NCBI GenBank assembly: GCA_021613535.1
Contig: CP075493.1
Location: 12,152,001-12,216,000 of the forward strand
Length of the DNA stretch: 64,000 nucleotides
Direction of reading: 5' to 3'
DNA from: Adineta vaga
Lineage: Eukaryota > Animalia > Rotifera
Below are positions 11,150-22,470 of this stretch, piece after piece (position 1 is the stretch's first letter; each line of letters opens with the position of its first letter). The notes under the pieces are model-generated. The model saw only the letters and a list, made by a program, of their open reading frames with translations, searched no databases and was not told where the DNA came from. The translations under genes and the position numbers were made by a program.

Positions 11150-12151
11150 TCATACGAATCGAAATGATGCTGCAAGCAACAAATGATCTGATGGATGTGT
11201 TCTATCAGGATATGATTTTCCTGTTGGATGATTCGGTAGTTTTAATACATCGTGAACTATTAGATTACCAGCAAAGAAAATATAATCGAGTGTTGCACGA
11301 AAACTTGGTGATTTTCGTGTACTAGCAAAATTCGTATAATTTGGTTCACGTCCATTTTTTTCTCGATAAGCACTTCTCAATATCTGATGAGTATTGAATG
11401 GACAAGTAATTCCATGATCACCCACTTTTGGAAGTACAATATTCTGAGCATAACCACGATGCGTGAGCACTCGATAAGAAATATCATTTGGTTTCAAATT
11501 AAAATCACCGGCAAGAATAAATGGACGACCATCAGCTAATTGAAACATAAGATCTTTAACTGCAGACGAATGTATGACCATCACATCTGGTATCATGAAA
11601 AGACAAGGCATGTGATACGTACCAATAAATAATGGTTTTCCATAAACAAGAACTCCTACACAAACTAATGTATTTTCTAATGACATAGATTTTTTCCAAG
11701 GATCATCCGAATTTCTTTTAATTTTCTTCGTAAATGAATCTTTCAGATTAGTCCACCATGCAGATGCTCTTGGATCTTTGTCAGCTGACTGAATAGTGGA
11801 ACGAATATAATCTCCAATATTGATCGTATTCTGATATATTAATGACATGGTATTAGGTATTGCCACAGCTACTCCCATATAATCATTGTAATGATTACCA
11901 TATAAACTTTCAAATAATTTATAATTCATTTGCTGAAAAAATGACTGTAATGTTGGTAATAAAGTGTTACTAACTTCTTGTAAACAAATAATTGTATTTT
12001 TATGAGAACGAATCTCTTTTTCTAATTGAGATTTGATTAGTTTCCATCGATAATCAATTCGTAGATATTCTGGTCGACTTTCTATATAATATCCTGGTTC
12101 TTCTGCAAGAGCAGGTACTAATATATTGTATGTGACAAGACGTACAGCCAT
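11150..12151 (-). CDS. Endonuclease/exonuclease/phosphatase (EEP) protein, CCR4/nocturin-like, intronless
   Basis: Motifs TYNIL, CLQEV, TYH, AGDFN, TLDYIF and PSDH are present. Confidence 0.92.
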   Translation of the reverse strand: MAVRLVTYNILVPALAEEPGYYIESRPEYLRIDYRWKLIKSQLEKEIRSHKNTIICLQEVSNTLLPTLQSFFQQMNYKLFESLYGNHYNDYMGVAVAIPNTMSLIYQNTINIGDYIRSTIQSADKDPRASAWWTNLKDSFTKKIKRNSDDPWKKSMSLENTLVCVGVLVYGKPLFIGTYHMPCLFMIPDVMVIHSSAVKDLMFQLADGRPFILAGDFNLKPNDISYRVLTHRGYAQNIVLPKVGDHGITCPFNTHQILRSAYREKNGREPNYTNFASTRKSPSFRATLDYIFFAGNLIVHDVLKLPNHPTGKSYPDRTHPSDHLLLAASFRFV

Positions 12152-12692
12152 CGTATTCTACAGTGAAGAGGAAAAACAAAAATGAAAAGTGTGATGATGT
12201 ATTATAGAGAAGAGGAAGAAACCCACATATAAGTAATGCAAGACTATGAAACAAGCAAACACACAGGTATACGTTAAATCGTCATAAAAAACGTAATTTG
12301 GTTTGTATCCACCAACATGTCATGCATATCATTAGTCACAGAAATATTTTTCATTTTTGTAATGTTGAATATTATATGCTAATTACAAATCGTAGAATCA
12401 GTTTGTTTATCAAACATTATTGTGGCAATAGTATACTTATATTTCAGTTTTAGAATGTGTTTTTGTTGTTAGAGAAAGAAAACTATTTAGAAAGTCTTTT
12501 TCTTGGCATCTTCTACATGAATTTCTGATTGTTTCGTAAATTAACGTTGTATATTTATGGTCAATAATGCTACTGTTGTAGTAGTAAAACGTGACAATCT
12601 ATGATAGAGAATTTAGGAATATGTCAAGAGTAAATAAAGAAAAAAAGGAGGCTGTTCAATGAGTTATTTTTTCAATAGATTGAAATGTATAT

Positions 12693-13163
12693 TTAACCGA
12701 TTGAATTGCAACTAGTACATGCTTTGCATTTGTTTTGGCATCGACCTGCACTTTTCATGCCACTATGAGATTCACCGGCAGCACATTCACCTTCTTCTCG
12801 ATCCCACATAACAGCATTGACATGATCGACACCTAATTGATTGACAAGATATTCGTAAATATCATCTTCATTTCCATCACTTGGATGACCTGACCAAAAA
12901 GGTACATGATGAACATATCGACCAAATGCATCTTTGCTAAACTCCATGTACATTGGTGTATTGAGAATATGCGCATGCCAAGCTTTATCAATCATTGCCG
13001 ATGGACTACCGTTCTTGCCTTGTTTAAGTGCAGCATAGTAATGAGCCAATTCTGCTACACAATCCAAAGCTTCCTCACGACTCATATGTTCATGTTTTTC
13101 AAGTCGTTCGACGATATATTCAGTATCGCGTGCTGGTATAACTACTGGTTCGAATGATGCCAT
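12693..13163 (-). CDS. Glycine-rich-domain (GRDP/DUF1399)-like small protein with Cys-rich tail
   Basis: Signature PS..IDKAWHAHILNT..Y..F....G..VHHVP, followed by the C-terminal CQNKCKACTSC. Confidence 0.72.
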   Translation of the reverse strand: MASFEPVVIPARDTEYIVERLEKHEHMSREEALDCVAELAHYYAALKQGKNGSPSAMIDKAWHAHILNTPMYMEFSKDAFGRYVHHVPFWSGHPSDGNEDDIYEYLVNQLGVDHVNAVMWDREEGECAAGESHSGMKSAGRCQNKCKACTSCNSIG

Positions 13164-13501
13164 TTTAAAAATGATCAATGGAATGTAATCTGAGTTTGAA
13201 GGAAATGTCGAGCACTTTTATACTACCGTCAATTACGCAAATATTTTTTTTGTTCGAGGTACGTCATGTTGGTTGATCGATGCTTCACTTACTTTTTCTC
13301 GGAATAAGTTTCCTCAGCAATGTTCTGTTTTTATTACTTTTTTTCCCCGAAAAACTCTATGCAAGAACAGTTATTTTGCAAACGCCAGGATGTATTTGTT
13401 TTTCTCTGTTCTTTTTATATAAAAGTTGTTGTCTACGCTGCGATGTACTTGTAGCGTAAAACACTTCAGAATTTCCAACATAATTCTCTAATTGGCCGGA
13501 T

Positions 13502-14734
13502 ATGTTGGAAATTTTGGTTAAAACCTCCGAGATGAATGGATGTATTGTTCATGGGTGTTATTTTGTTATATTCGTATTATCATTTTTATATGCATTATGC
13601 TACATTTTTCATTGGTTAGCACATCGCAAAGATCTATTTGGACGATACTATGCAACGTTATTTTATTTTTTAGCAAAAAGATTCAATATTACATATGTTT
13701 TTCCACATATGAGAAATCCAACAAATAGAAGAAGAAATGTGTTTAGTTTAATTGCTCGTTATGATCCTTTTATGTATTGGATGATGTGTTTGGATTCCTA
13801 TCGAGTGAATGCCTATGAAGAAGCAATTAAACAGTATAGACAACGACAAGACAAAGCGGTTTGGTTAGATATTGGTACAGGTGCTCATATGCCATTAACG
13901 CGTTTATTAATAAAATATGGAGTTGCAAAACATGTCCATGCAGTCGAAGCCAATCGTGAAACATATCAATTTGCAAAAAAACTTCAACAGCAATTACCCA
14001 ACGAAGAAAAGAAAAAGATTTCCTTGTATGGCTGTTATTCAAGCCATATTGATTGGTATGCTCAAGATCCTCAACCAAATGCGATTATTCATGAAATAGT
14101 TGGTTGTATATCTTCCGATGAAGGATGTATTCGAGTGATGCATGATATAATTCAGAATCTTCATGGAAATGTATCGTTTTGTATACCTTATAAAATTGGA
14201 ACACTATGTATACCAGTGTCACGTCCCAATGTATCTTTAATTTCATCGTTTTGCTCATGTTTGTTGTCAACATCAGTGAGAATCATTAAATCAATCGGTA
14301 TACAGGGCATGTTCAATCCACCGAAAGATGTATTTCTTTGTGATAAACCAGAATTTATTGAAGATTTCATCTTAGAAGATTATGTTCGAAAACCATTAGA
14401 AAACTATCGAAAATTTTCAACGAAATTTATTGTAAAAAAGAGTACGGCACAATGGACTGGTTTTTATCTCGCGCCGTATATTTTAACCGCAGGAGGCAAG
14501 AGAAATGATTTAGTAGAAATAGATGGATTAAAAAACATCACAAATTGGCCAGTACGTTATGTTCAAATGTATGATTATGAAAAAGGTATTGTCGTCAAAC
14601 AAGATGATACAATACATGTTGTATTTGAATCTGATCTAACGAATGAATGCCCCATCTATCGATTAGAAGCATGGACAAATGATGACTATTTAATACGTTC
14701 ATCTTTTGCTTGGAAAGGACCTGCTGTTCATTAG
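13502..14734 (+). CDS. Class I SAM-dependent methyltransferase, PRMT-like, with N-terminal transmembrane segment, intronless
   Basis: MMCLDSYRVNAYEEAI, motif I LDIGTG, post-I HAVEAN and double-E-like IIHEIVG...SDEG, then a beta-rich C-terminal half ending TNW..RY. Confidence 0.82.
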   Translation: MLEILVKTSEMNGCIVHGCYFVIFVLSFLYALCYIFHWLAHRKDLFGRYYATLFYFLAKRFNITYVFPHMRNPTNRRRNVFSLIARYDPFMYWMMCLDSYRVNAYEEAIKQYRQRQDKAVWLDIGTGAHMPLTRLLIKYGVAKHVHAVEANRETYQFAKKLQQQLPNEEKKKISLYGCYSSHIDWYAQDPQPNAIIHEIVGCISSDEGCIRVMHDIIQNLHGNVSFCIPYKIGTLCIPVSRPNVSLISSFCSCLLSTSVRIIKSIGIQGMFNPPKDVFLCDKPEFIEDFILEDYVRKPLENYRKFSTKFIVKKSTAQWTGFYLAPYILTAGGKRNDLVEIDGLKNITNWPVRYVQMYDYEKGIVVKQDDTIHVVFESDLTNECPIYRLEAWTNDDYLIRSSFAWKGPAVH

Positions 14735-14840
14735 ATTCAGATTTGTTTTTTTTTCGCTTGAATTTAAAAGAAAAGAGAAAAATAGCTATATTGAAATACT
14801 TTATTAATTCTTTTTTTTTTGCATTCATTTGAAGATTAAA

Positions 14841-17800
14841 ATGAATAATACGACGACAGAATCGAACAAAATCAGTTATTGGTTTTGTCAGCAATGTGGT
14901 CGAAATTTCGAGCATGGTGAATTCTATTTCAATTGTGTTGTTTGTGATGATTACAATATCTGTAATGAATGTTTAATAATAATTCATCCATTGCATCCTC
15001 ATCGATTGATGCAAGAATTAGCTTATGGAAAAGAAGACATCTTCATAGATCGTCAAGAGAAAAGTATGGCTGATGGAATTGAAGCGACGATAGCTATGTA
15101 TCATGATCGTTATTGTTTGGGTGTACGTGATATCGATACGTATTCTTGGTTGACCTATCAGACAATAGGAGATCGATCAAGAAATTTTGGAGAAGGTTTG
15201 AGAGAAATCATTGAACCAGGTGGTTTTCTTGGTATTTGTGCAGGAAATCGACCTGAATGGATTATTACTGATTTTGCTTGTATTCTTCAGAATCTTATTA
15301 GTGTAACAATGTATTGTTTATTCAATGATTCAGAATTAACGTATATTATTAATAATACTAAAATATCCGTCATTGTTTGTGATCAACAAATGTTATCCAA
15401 ATTGATTCGGTTATTATCTCAATGTCCATCACTTCATCATCTTATATGTATGGATCCTATTCCTCAGTCTGATCAAGTTATATATTACATGGGCGATATT
15501 GAAGCACGTGGTGTAAATAAACAATATACAGCTGTTAGGGTGAATCCAAATGACTGTTCAACGATAATCTATACAAGTGGGAGTTCAGGATTTCCTAAAG
15601 GTGCAATGATTTCACATCGTGCTTATCAAACAACATTTTTACAGCGACATTGTGCGTTTCGTCTTGATCCAATCTATTTCTGTTATGAACCATTAGCATG
15701 GGTGACTGGCCGTTTTGCTGTTTTGAAAACTTTTCTTGCTGGAGGACGTACGGGATTTTCTTCAGGCAATGTTTCTCTTTTAATGGAAGAATTAGCTTTA
15801 GTTAGACCAACAAATTTTTCTGCTACACCGGCAATACGGAATAAAATCTATGCCGAATATAAAGCAGCTCTCTCATCAACATTGAAAGAAGGAGAAATTC
15901 TACAACAATTTTCTCGACTTATTCCTACACGATGTAAACGAATCAATGTCGGTGGCGCAATGATTAGTTCAACTGTCCTTGATTTTATTAAACGATGTTT
16001 TACACATTGCTCTGTTTATGAATCTTATGGAATCACTGAATGTGGATCGGTAGCATCGAACAATGTCATAAGAGATTCAATACAATATCGCCTTTTATCA
16101 ATTCCTGAAATGGGATATACTACAGATGACGAACCATTTCCTCGCGGAGAACTTCTAATTAAAAATGAAGAAATGTTTTCCGGCTATGTCAATGATCTTG
16201 AGGAAACACAAGCAGCTTTTACTGAGGATGGATTCTTTCGTACAGGTGATGTAGTTGAGATACGACTTCGTCCAAATGGAGCATCTTATGTGAATCTTAT
16301 CGATCGCAAAAAGAATTTTTTCAAACTTTCTCAAGGACAATATATTTCACCGGAATATCTTCAAACAATCTATATTCAAAGTCCATTCATTGAACAAATC
16401 TATATACATGGTGATCTTTTAGCAGATTCAATTTCAGCTGTTGTTGTACCAAACCGAGATTATGTACAAATATTTGCATCTGAACATCATTTAGAGACAT
16501 TGGATATGAATAACCCTCATCCAAAGTTGTACAATGCTATTTTAGAAAATCTTCGTTCGATCGCACAGAAAGAATCTCTTCGTCGGCACGAAATACCATC
16601 ACGATTGATTATTGATTTTCAATCTTTTACATCAGAAAATGGTTTGTTAACATCAACCATGAAACCATGCCGTCCAAAATTAGCTGCATATTATGGTGAA
16701 CAATTGAAGCAACCAAAGACACTTGAACAACGATTAAAAGATCTATTGAATGATAAAGAAAAAGATAATAACTTTATTCCAAGTGGTGGAGATTCCTTGA
16801 GTGCTATGCGTTTATCCCATCTGATCGAAAATAATCTTGGAATAACTGTACCAGTTAGTATACTTTTAGAACTAAACATGACTTTTGATCAATTAGCAGA
16901 GATAATTCAAGACCTAACTTTTATATCTTCTGCATCTCGTTCAACAATAGAAAAATTATATCATGATTCAGAATTATCGATAGATATCCCTATTGGAAAC
17001 AAATGCAAAGATACAAGTAAATATCCAACGATGATATTTATTAATGGAACAACGGGATTTGTTGGTGCATTTTTGTTAGCAGAATTATTAACGGTTTATT
17101 CTTCAGAGTGTAAATTTGTTTGTCTTATTCGATGTAAATTTTCAAAGATTCCATTAGATCGCATTCGTGAAAATCTACTCTTTCATAAAGTATGGAGAAA
17201 CGATCTTCAAGAACGAATTATTCCATTGCAAGGTGATTTAGAAGAACCGTATTTTGGATTAGATCATCCAACTTATCAAGCATTGGCTGAACAAATTGAT
17301 CTTATTTTTCATTGTGGTGCAACTGTTAATTTTGTTCTACCATGTAGTAAACTTTATCAATGTAATGTTTGTGGTACACAAGAAATTGTACGTTTCGCTA
17401 CGTACCAGAAAACAACTTATGTACCTATTCATTATATTTCAACGTTGAGTGTTCTGATACCAAATGTAAGTAAAGAAGTATCCGTTGATGAAATCCTTCC
17501 CGATGGTTTAATTACTGGTTATGCACAGAGTAAATGGGCAGGTGAAAGATTGCTGATGAAAGCGAATCATCTCGGTTTACCGATAACCATTTATCGTCTT
17601 GGATCAACTTGGGCTAGTACAGAAACAGGTGCCTGTAATCAAACTGATCTTCAGACATTTTTTTTCTTGGCAATGATGAAATCAAAGAGTTATCCTGAAA
17701 CGATGGTACATATAAATTTCCATGGATTACCCGTTGATTTTAGCACTAAGAGTATTGTTTATTTGAGTCAAATTCAGTCTGAGATAAGTGGAAATATCTA

Positions 17801-18109
17801 TCATTTTCAGAATCCAAATAGTGGAGTACAATTTGACGATATTATTGATGGTATGCGTCGATGTGATATTCATTTGCAGAGCATCTCATTGGAAGAATGG
17901 CGAAAAAAATTGAAAGCCACCGATGATGGAAATAGATCACTTGCACTATTAGTGATTATTTGAATGAAAATCTTTTTCAAGAAAAATGGGAAATATCTGC
18001 TGAACAATTTTATCATTCGATTTCTCAGTTACCTTTTCCAGCACTGAATGATTTGTATTTTATGAAATGGTTTAGTTTTATAAAAAATGAATTGCTTGAA
18101 TTAGTTTGA
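14841..18109 (+). CDS. NRPS-like carboxylic-acid-reductase architecture: ZZ zinc finger + adenylation + thiolation + reductase; -1 frameshift near 17945
   Basis: ZZ-like CQQC...CVVC...C..C...H.H. A domain YTSGSSGFPKG, YGITE, FRTGD. T domain GGDSL. R domain GTTGFVG, HCGA.VN, GYAQSKW, YRLG. The ORF stops at 17963, but the shifted frame continues TISDYLNE...LPFPALNDLYFMKWFSFIKNELLELV* to 18109. Confidence 0.9.
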
Positions 18110-18139
18110 AACGAGAGAAGATATAGGAAGTGTTCATTT

Positions 18140-19095
18140 TTCTCAAGTATTTTTTGATGAATCATATAATTCAGCACTTGAGAGAGCACCCGTATTACCA
18201 TTAAGTCCACCAGCAACTAATATTCGACTATCTGTTAATACAGTTATTGTATGGTCGTACATTATATAATTCTGTTCTACCTAGAGAAAAAACAATACAT
18301 CCACCCATAACAAATACATTTCCATTTTTTAATAAACATGCACTATGACAAATTCGAGGACTATTCATAATACCAGTGTTAAACCATTCTAAAGAAAAAT
18401 TTACCTGTTGGAAAAGTCACGATTGTTGATTTTATTAAACCAGCAACGACATATGTACAAACCAGAGAAAGAATAACTATAAAAAAAACATATAGTTCTG
18501 TCATCATAATCTAAGATTTCATAGCGATTTACATTTCCATATACAATTTAGTAATAGATCTACCGTATGCTAATTTTTCTCGCCACGAAGTAAAAATAGA
18601 TAAATATTCGGACTTCGTCATCATAAGATAATACTATTACTGTTAAAATGTGAGGACATGGCGTTTTTTTGGTTCTACTTGCGTGTAACTTATATAGAGA
18701 ATTGTGACGTTTTCATTGTGTCTTTTAAGTCTATATTTGATTTAACTCTGCTAATCGTACTATTCTCATCTCATACAGTATTCCTTTTCTTTTCTATACT
18801 ACAGTACAATTGAATTAATCTGTATATACAATTCAAATTCTCATTTGTATTACTGATGTTTGATTCATTCTATATTCTACACTATACCCACACTCTCAAG
18901 ATTGATAATAACTGGATAGTTAGAATAAAGTATTCAAAAGTCCATTTCTGTCAATTTTTATGGATACAGTTCAGCAGTTTTATAATACGCAATACCACTA
19001 AAACCACCTGCAACTAATACTTTTCCATTTGCTAATTTAGATGATGTATGATATCGTCGTACAACATTCATACTTCCTGTATATCTCCATGCTAA
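18140..19095 (-). pseudogene. Scattered Kelch-repeat gene fragments
   Basis: WRYTGSMNVVRRYHTSSKLANGKVLVAGG...AELYP* (~18957-19093), WFNTGIMNSPRICHSACLLKNGNVFVMGG (~18300-18390) and ILVAGGLNG...AELYDS (~18140-18225), broken by stops and gaps. Confidence 0.7.
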
Positions 19096-20216
19096 AATAT
19101 GATTAAGTTACCTCTTAATCATCAGATGTGAACATTAATCACCCGGTATGATTGTGATGGTGGTAGTCTTGGTCGTTATTGGTGTTGCTGTCGGTTCTAT
19201 TTTAGTAGAACAAGGAAATTGTTCAAGCGTTATGAATAAATGATGTACAAAATATTTTCACATTGATAATAAATTTACTGAATCTCGATAATACGACCGA
19301 TTGATTCGTAAATATTAAACACGAATTTTGTTCCCATTGAATAACGAATGTCGTAAGATTTGAATCAAATAATTTAAGGCTGATATCATGGATTCTGATT
19401 TTATCATTTCACATACACATTCATTTTTTGTTTTATTAAATAACGTTTGATAAACATTACCGCAATTATTCGACTATTTTCAAACTTATTGGAAATAATA
19501 CAGTTCACAGGATCAGACAGTAAAAAGAAAAAAGCGATTGTCAACATTTTCGATTAATTTTTTATGTTTTACTTTCTCAAATAGACCAGTTCAATATAAA
19601 ATGAATAGCAAAAGATTGCTTCTCAAATTTTAAGTAAGTATAAGTATCGTCATCACCATAGCATACTTCGAAAGATGTCATAAACGAATTACTTTAATTG
19701 TTACATTTACTGAAGGAAAAACGATAAATGATTTGTTGATACTCTTATTCTATTTAAAACTTTTTTCAAAAACTTCTCCTTAAATTGGAGTGCAAATGTT
19801 GTTACAGAGATCGAAATATTATTCTAATTAAGATGCTGTGAAATAGAATAATCCATTTAGTCCACAAGCGAATTCGACGACAATGGAAGAAAGCGGTCTC
19901 TTCAGTCATTATGATTTTCGTCTGCTTCAGACTCTTTAATGCGACAAAACAAACGTGAATGAGTAAGCAAACCTTTTTTTTTTGTATCGTAGATAACATC
20001 TACACGTGTAATAGAATGGAAAAAAACCTCGGAAGTACAAATTTCATATAGTATTTCATCTGATTTATAAATTGTACTGTATTATAGTTGCGCATGTTAT
20101 ACTATTTTATTTGTTGAATTTAATTATTAAGTTTAATATAAAATACAACAACTGATCCTTTCTTCTTCAATTTCTTATTTTACGGTATTGCATATGACTC
20201 ATACATTGATATATAT

Positions 20217-22470
20217 TTGTTTAGGTTTTATAGTATTATTCATTTTGTACAGAAAAATGGTCACAATTGCTGATAATGTCAGCACAGATCAGAATGTGCA
20301 ACAATTAATGAATGTTGTTGATCGTATTTTCACAGAACGATTTTATGACATCAAATTTGGGATTGAAGTTCACACGTAGAATTGATTTGTATCTACTTTT
20401 TTCGTATGCAAATCTTATTATTCTTAGTCTCGTATTCAACTATTGCATAAGCCGATCAGCACAAGATACCGAAAATGCTTTATTCGTAAAAACGAGTGGT
20501 CGACGCAAGTATTTATTAGGTATTACAGTAAGTAAAAACACCTGTAGGACTGGTGCAGAAATTTATTTTCTTGTGGAAAATTATCTGATAACCCATGTAA
20601 ATAAACTTTATGAAGTGAGTAATAATTATTGCGTCACATAGTTCGTTTTCAACTTTTAAACAAATCTCAAAACTATCCTTTCTAAAAATTGTTCTTTATT
20701 AAAGAAATGCATATATCAATAGCTAAATTGTTCGTATGTGACTTTAGTTAATGAAGGACCATTCAGAGGAAGATTTACTTCCAATATATGTGAAAAAATG
20801 ACGTGAATATTATCAATCAAGTGACATAACAAGTCGTCTTTTCAACTATCTCAATCAACATTGGATACGGATAGCAATTAATTATGGTTATAGATCTATT
20901 TATCAGATATTTACAGTACGTATTTGTTAGAAAGATGAGGTTCAATACTCAAGATATTACCTACTGCTCGCCTCTATAGATATAAAAAAAGATTTTTTAT
21001 GCTTGAACATCGAGTTCATCATGAAGTAAACCACCTAGAGACTATCAATCGAATTCCAGTTTACGAAATTTGGTTCCTTTTAGTTCTTGCATTCAATTCC
21101 GTAAGAGTACCCGTTGGACTTATTATATTTAGTTATGTATGTTAATATGGCGCGAACTTCTTTGGAAACGTCTGAATGATAAATTAACTATCGCGTGTTC
21201 TAATTTGATAAAAACATGGCGGTCAAAACCAATCGATGAAATTCAACTTATTGCTGATGTTATTCATAGCTATAGTACGTAATATAAATTTTCTTTATAT
21301 GGCAACATCTTCTTCGTCTTACTTCATAGAAACGATAGAATTTAACGAAGATATGTTCATATGGATTAGTAATTGTCAGACAAGAGTATTAGAAGAAAAG
21401 ATTTATGAAAATTACTTTGAAAAACAATTTCTTCAAGATAGTCAAGATTTTTATCGATCAAGAATAGCATTCGATTTCCAAAATGATTCTATCCTCAATT
21501 ATTTGAAACAAGTTTGTAGAGAAGTTCTATATTATCGAATTTCAGCATGATTCCATTTTCTTAGATACCTTCATATATAACAAATGACATTCAATCGATT
21601 TATCCTCATTTACAATCGTCGACACAAGTTAAAATGTTAGAATTGATTTCTAAAATATTCTTCGAAGACCATCTGAATATGATTTGTGACGAACTTTATA
21701 AATCGATTGAAAATAAAAACAATCAAAGTATGAAAAATCATATTCGTTTTTCGTTCCGTCGAAATAATTTATGTATGTTTACAGATCTACACATAACTTA
21801 TCAGTCTATCAAGCATGTAATACCGATGAAAGAGATCATTGCCAAGAAAACTAAGGATCATTTTTATCAATTCATTCAGCATGCAGAACATTGTATTGAA
21901 ACAATCTTCCAACTACACAAAAGATACATGAAACTCATTCATGAAAATTTTAACAATGAACTATGTTTCAGAATTTGTATTGATCAAGTAAAATCTCGTC
22001 TTTATATTTTTATCAATTGCTGAAAATTTTTCAGATTTGTGGCGAATATTTAATTGAGAATTCAGTTGTAGAGCTCGGTGATTCGAAAACAAAATTAATT
22101 GATCCTGTAGTTGATTACTATAATGAATTATTGAAACAAACGTTTGTTCGATTAGATTCTGCATGATTTTGAATGGATTAATACACTTTTTTTAGACATG
22201 GTTCTGTCGAAGATATCGCTTGCGAAGAAAAACTCAATCAAATATTGTTATTGTTTTATAATCAGGGATGTGAGAGTCGAGGTAGAGAAGAAACACTTAC
22301 CTTCGCTTTCAACCCCAAGCTTTGTTAGAATTCGATCATATTTCTTTCATTTAGATTATTCTGAATAGTACTTCAGATAACTATTTTATCCAGAATTTTT
22401 ATCAAAAACTATTTTCAAAACGTTTCATGGATCAATTCGACTCTTTTGAAACTGATGATAAGTCAGTGAT
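20217..22470 (+). pseudogene. Divergent cullin copy A (N-terminal repeats up to the start of the cullin homology domain), with stops
   Basis: GAEIYFLVENYL, LLPIYVKK*REY...LFNYLNQHWI, IYENYFEKQFLQDSQDFY and FYQKLFSKRF are spread over many short-intron exons with in-frame stops. Confidence 0.65.

Noticed and set aside
14700-14841. Cis-splicing of the methyltransferase into the reductase to give one fusion protein
   Set aside because: The methyltransferase has a normal stop and there is no good GT donor near its end.
19090-19130. GATTAAG/CTTAATC hairpin next to CTGATGA on the minus strand
   Set aside because: No GAAA box follows, so it is not a hammerhead.
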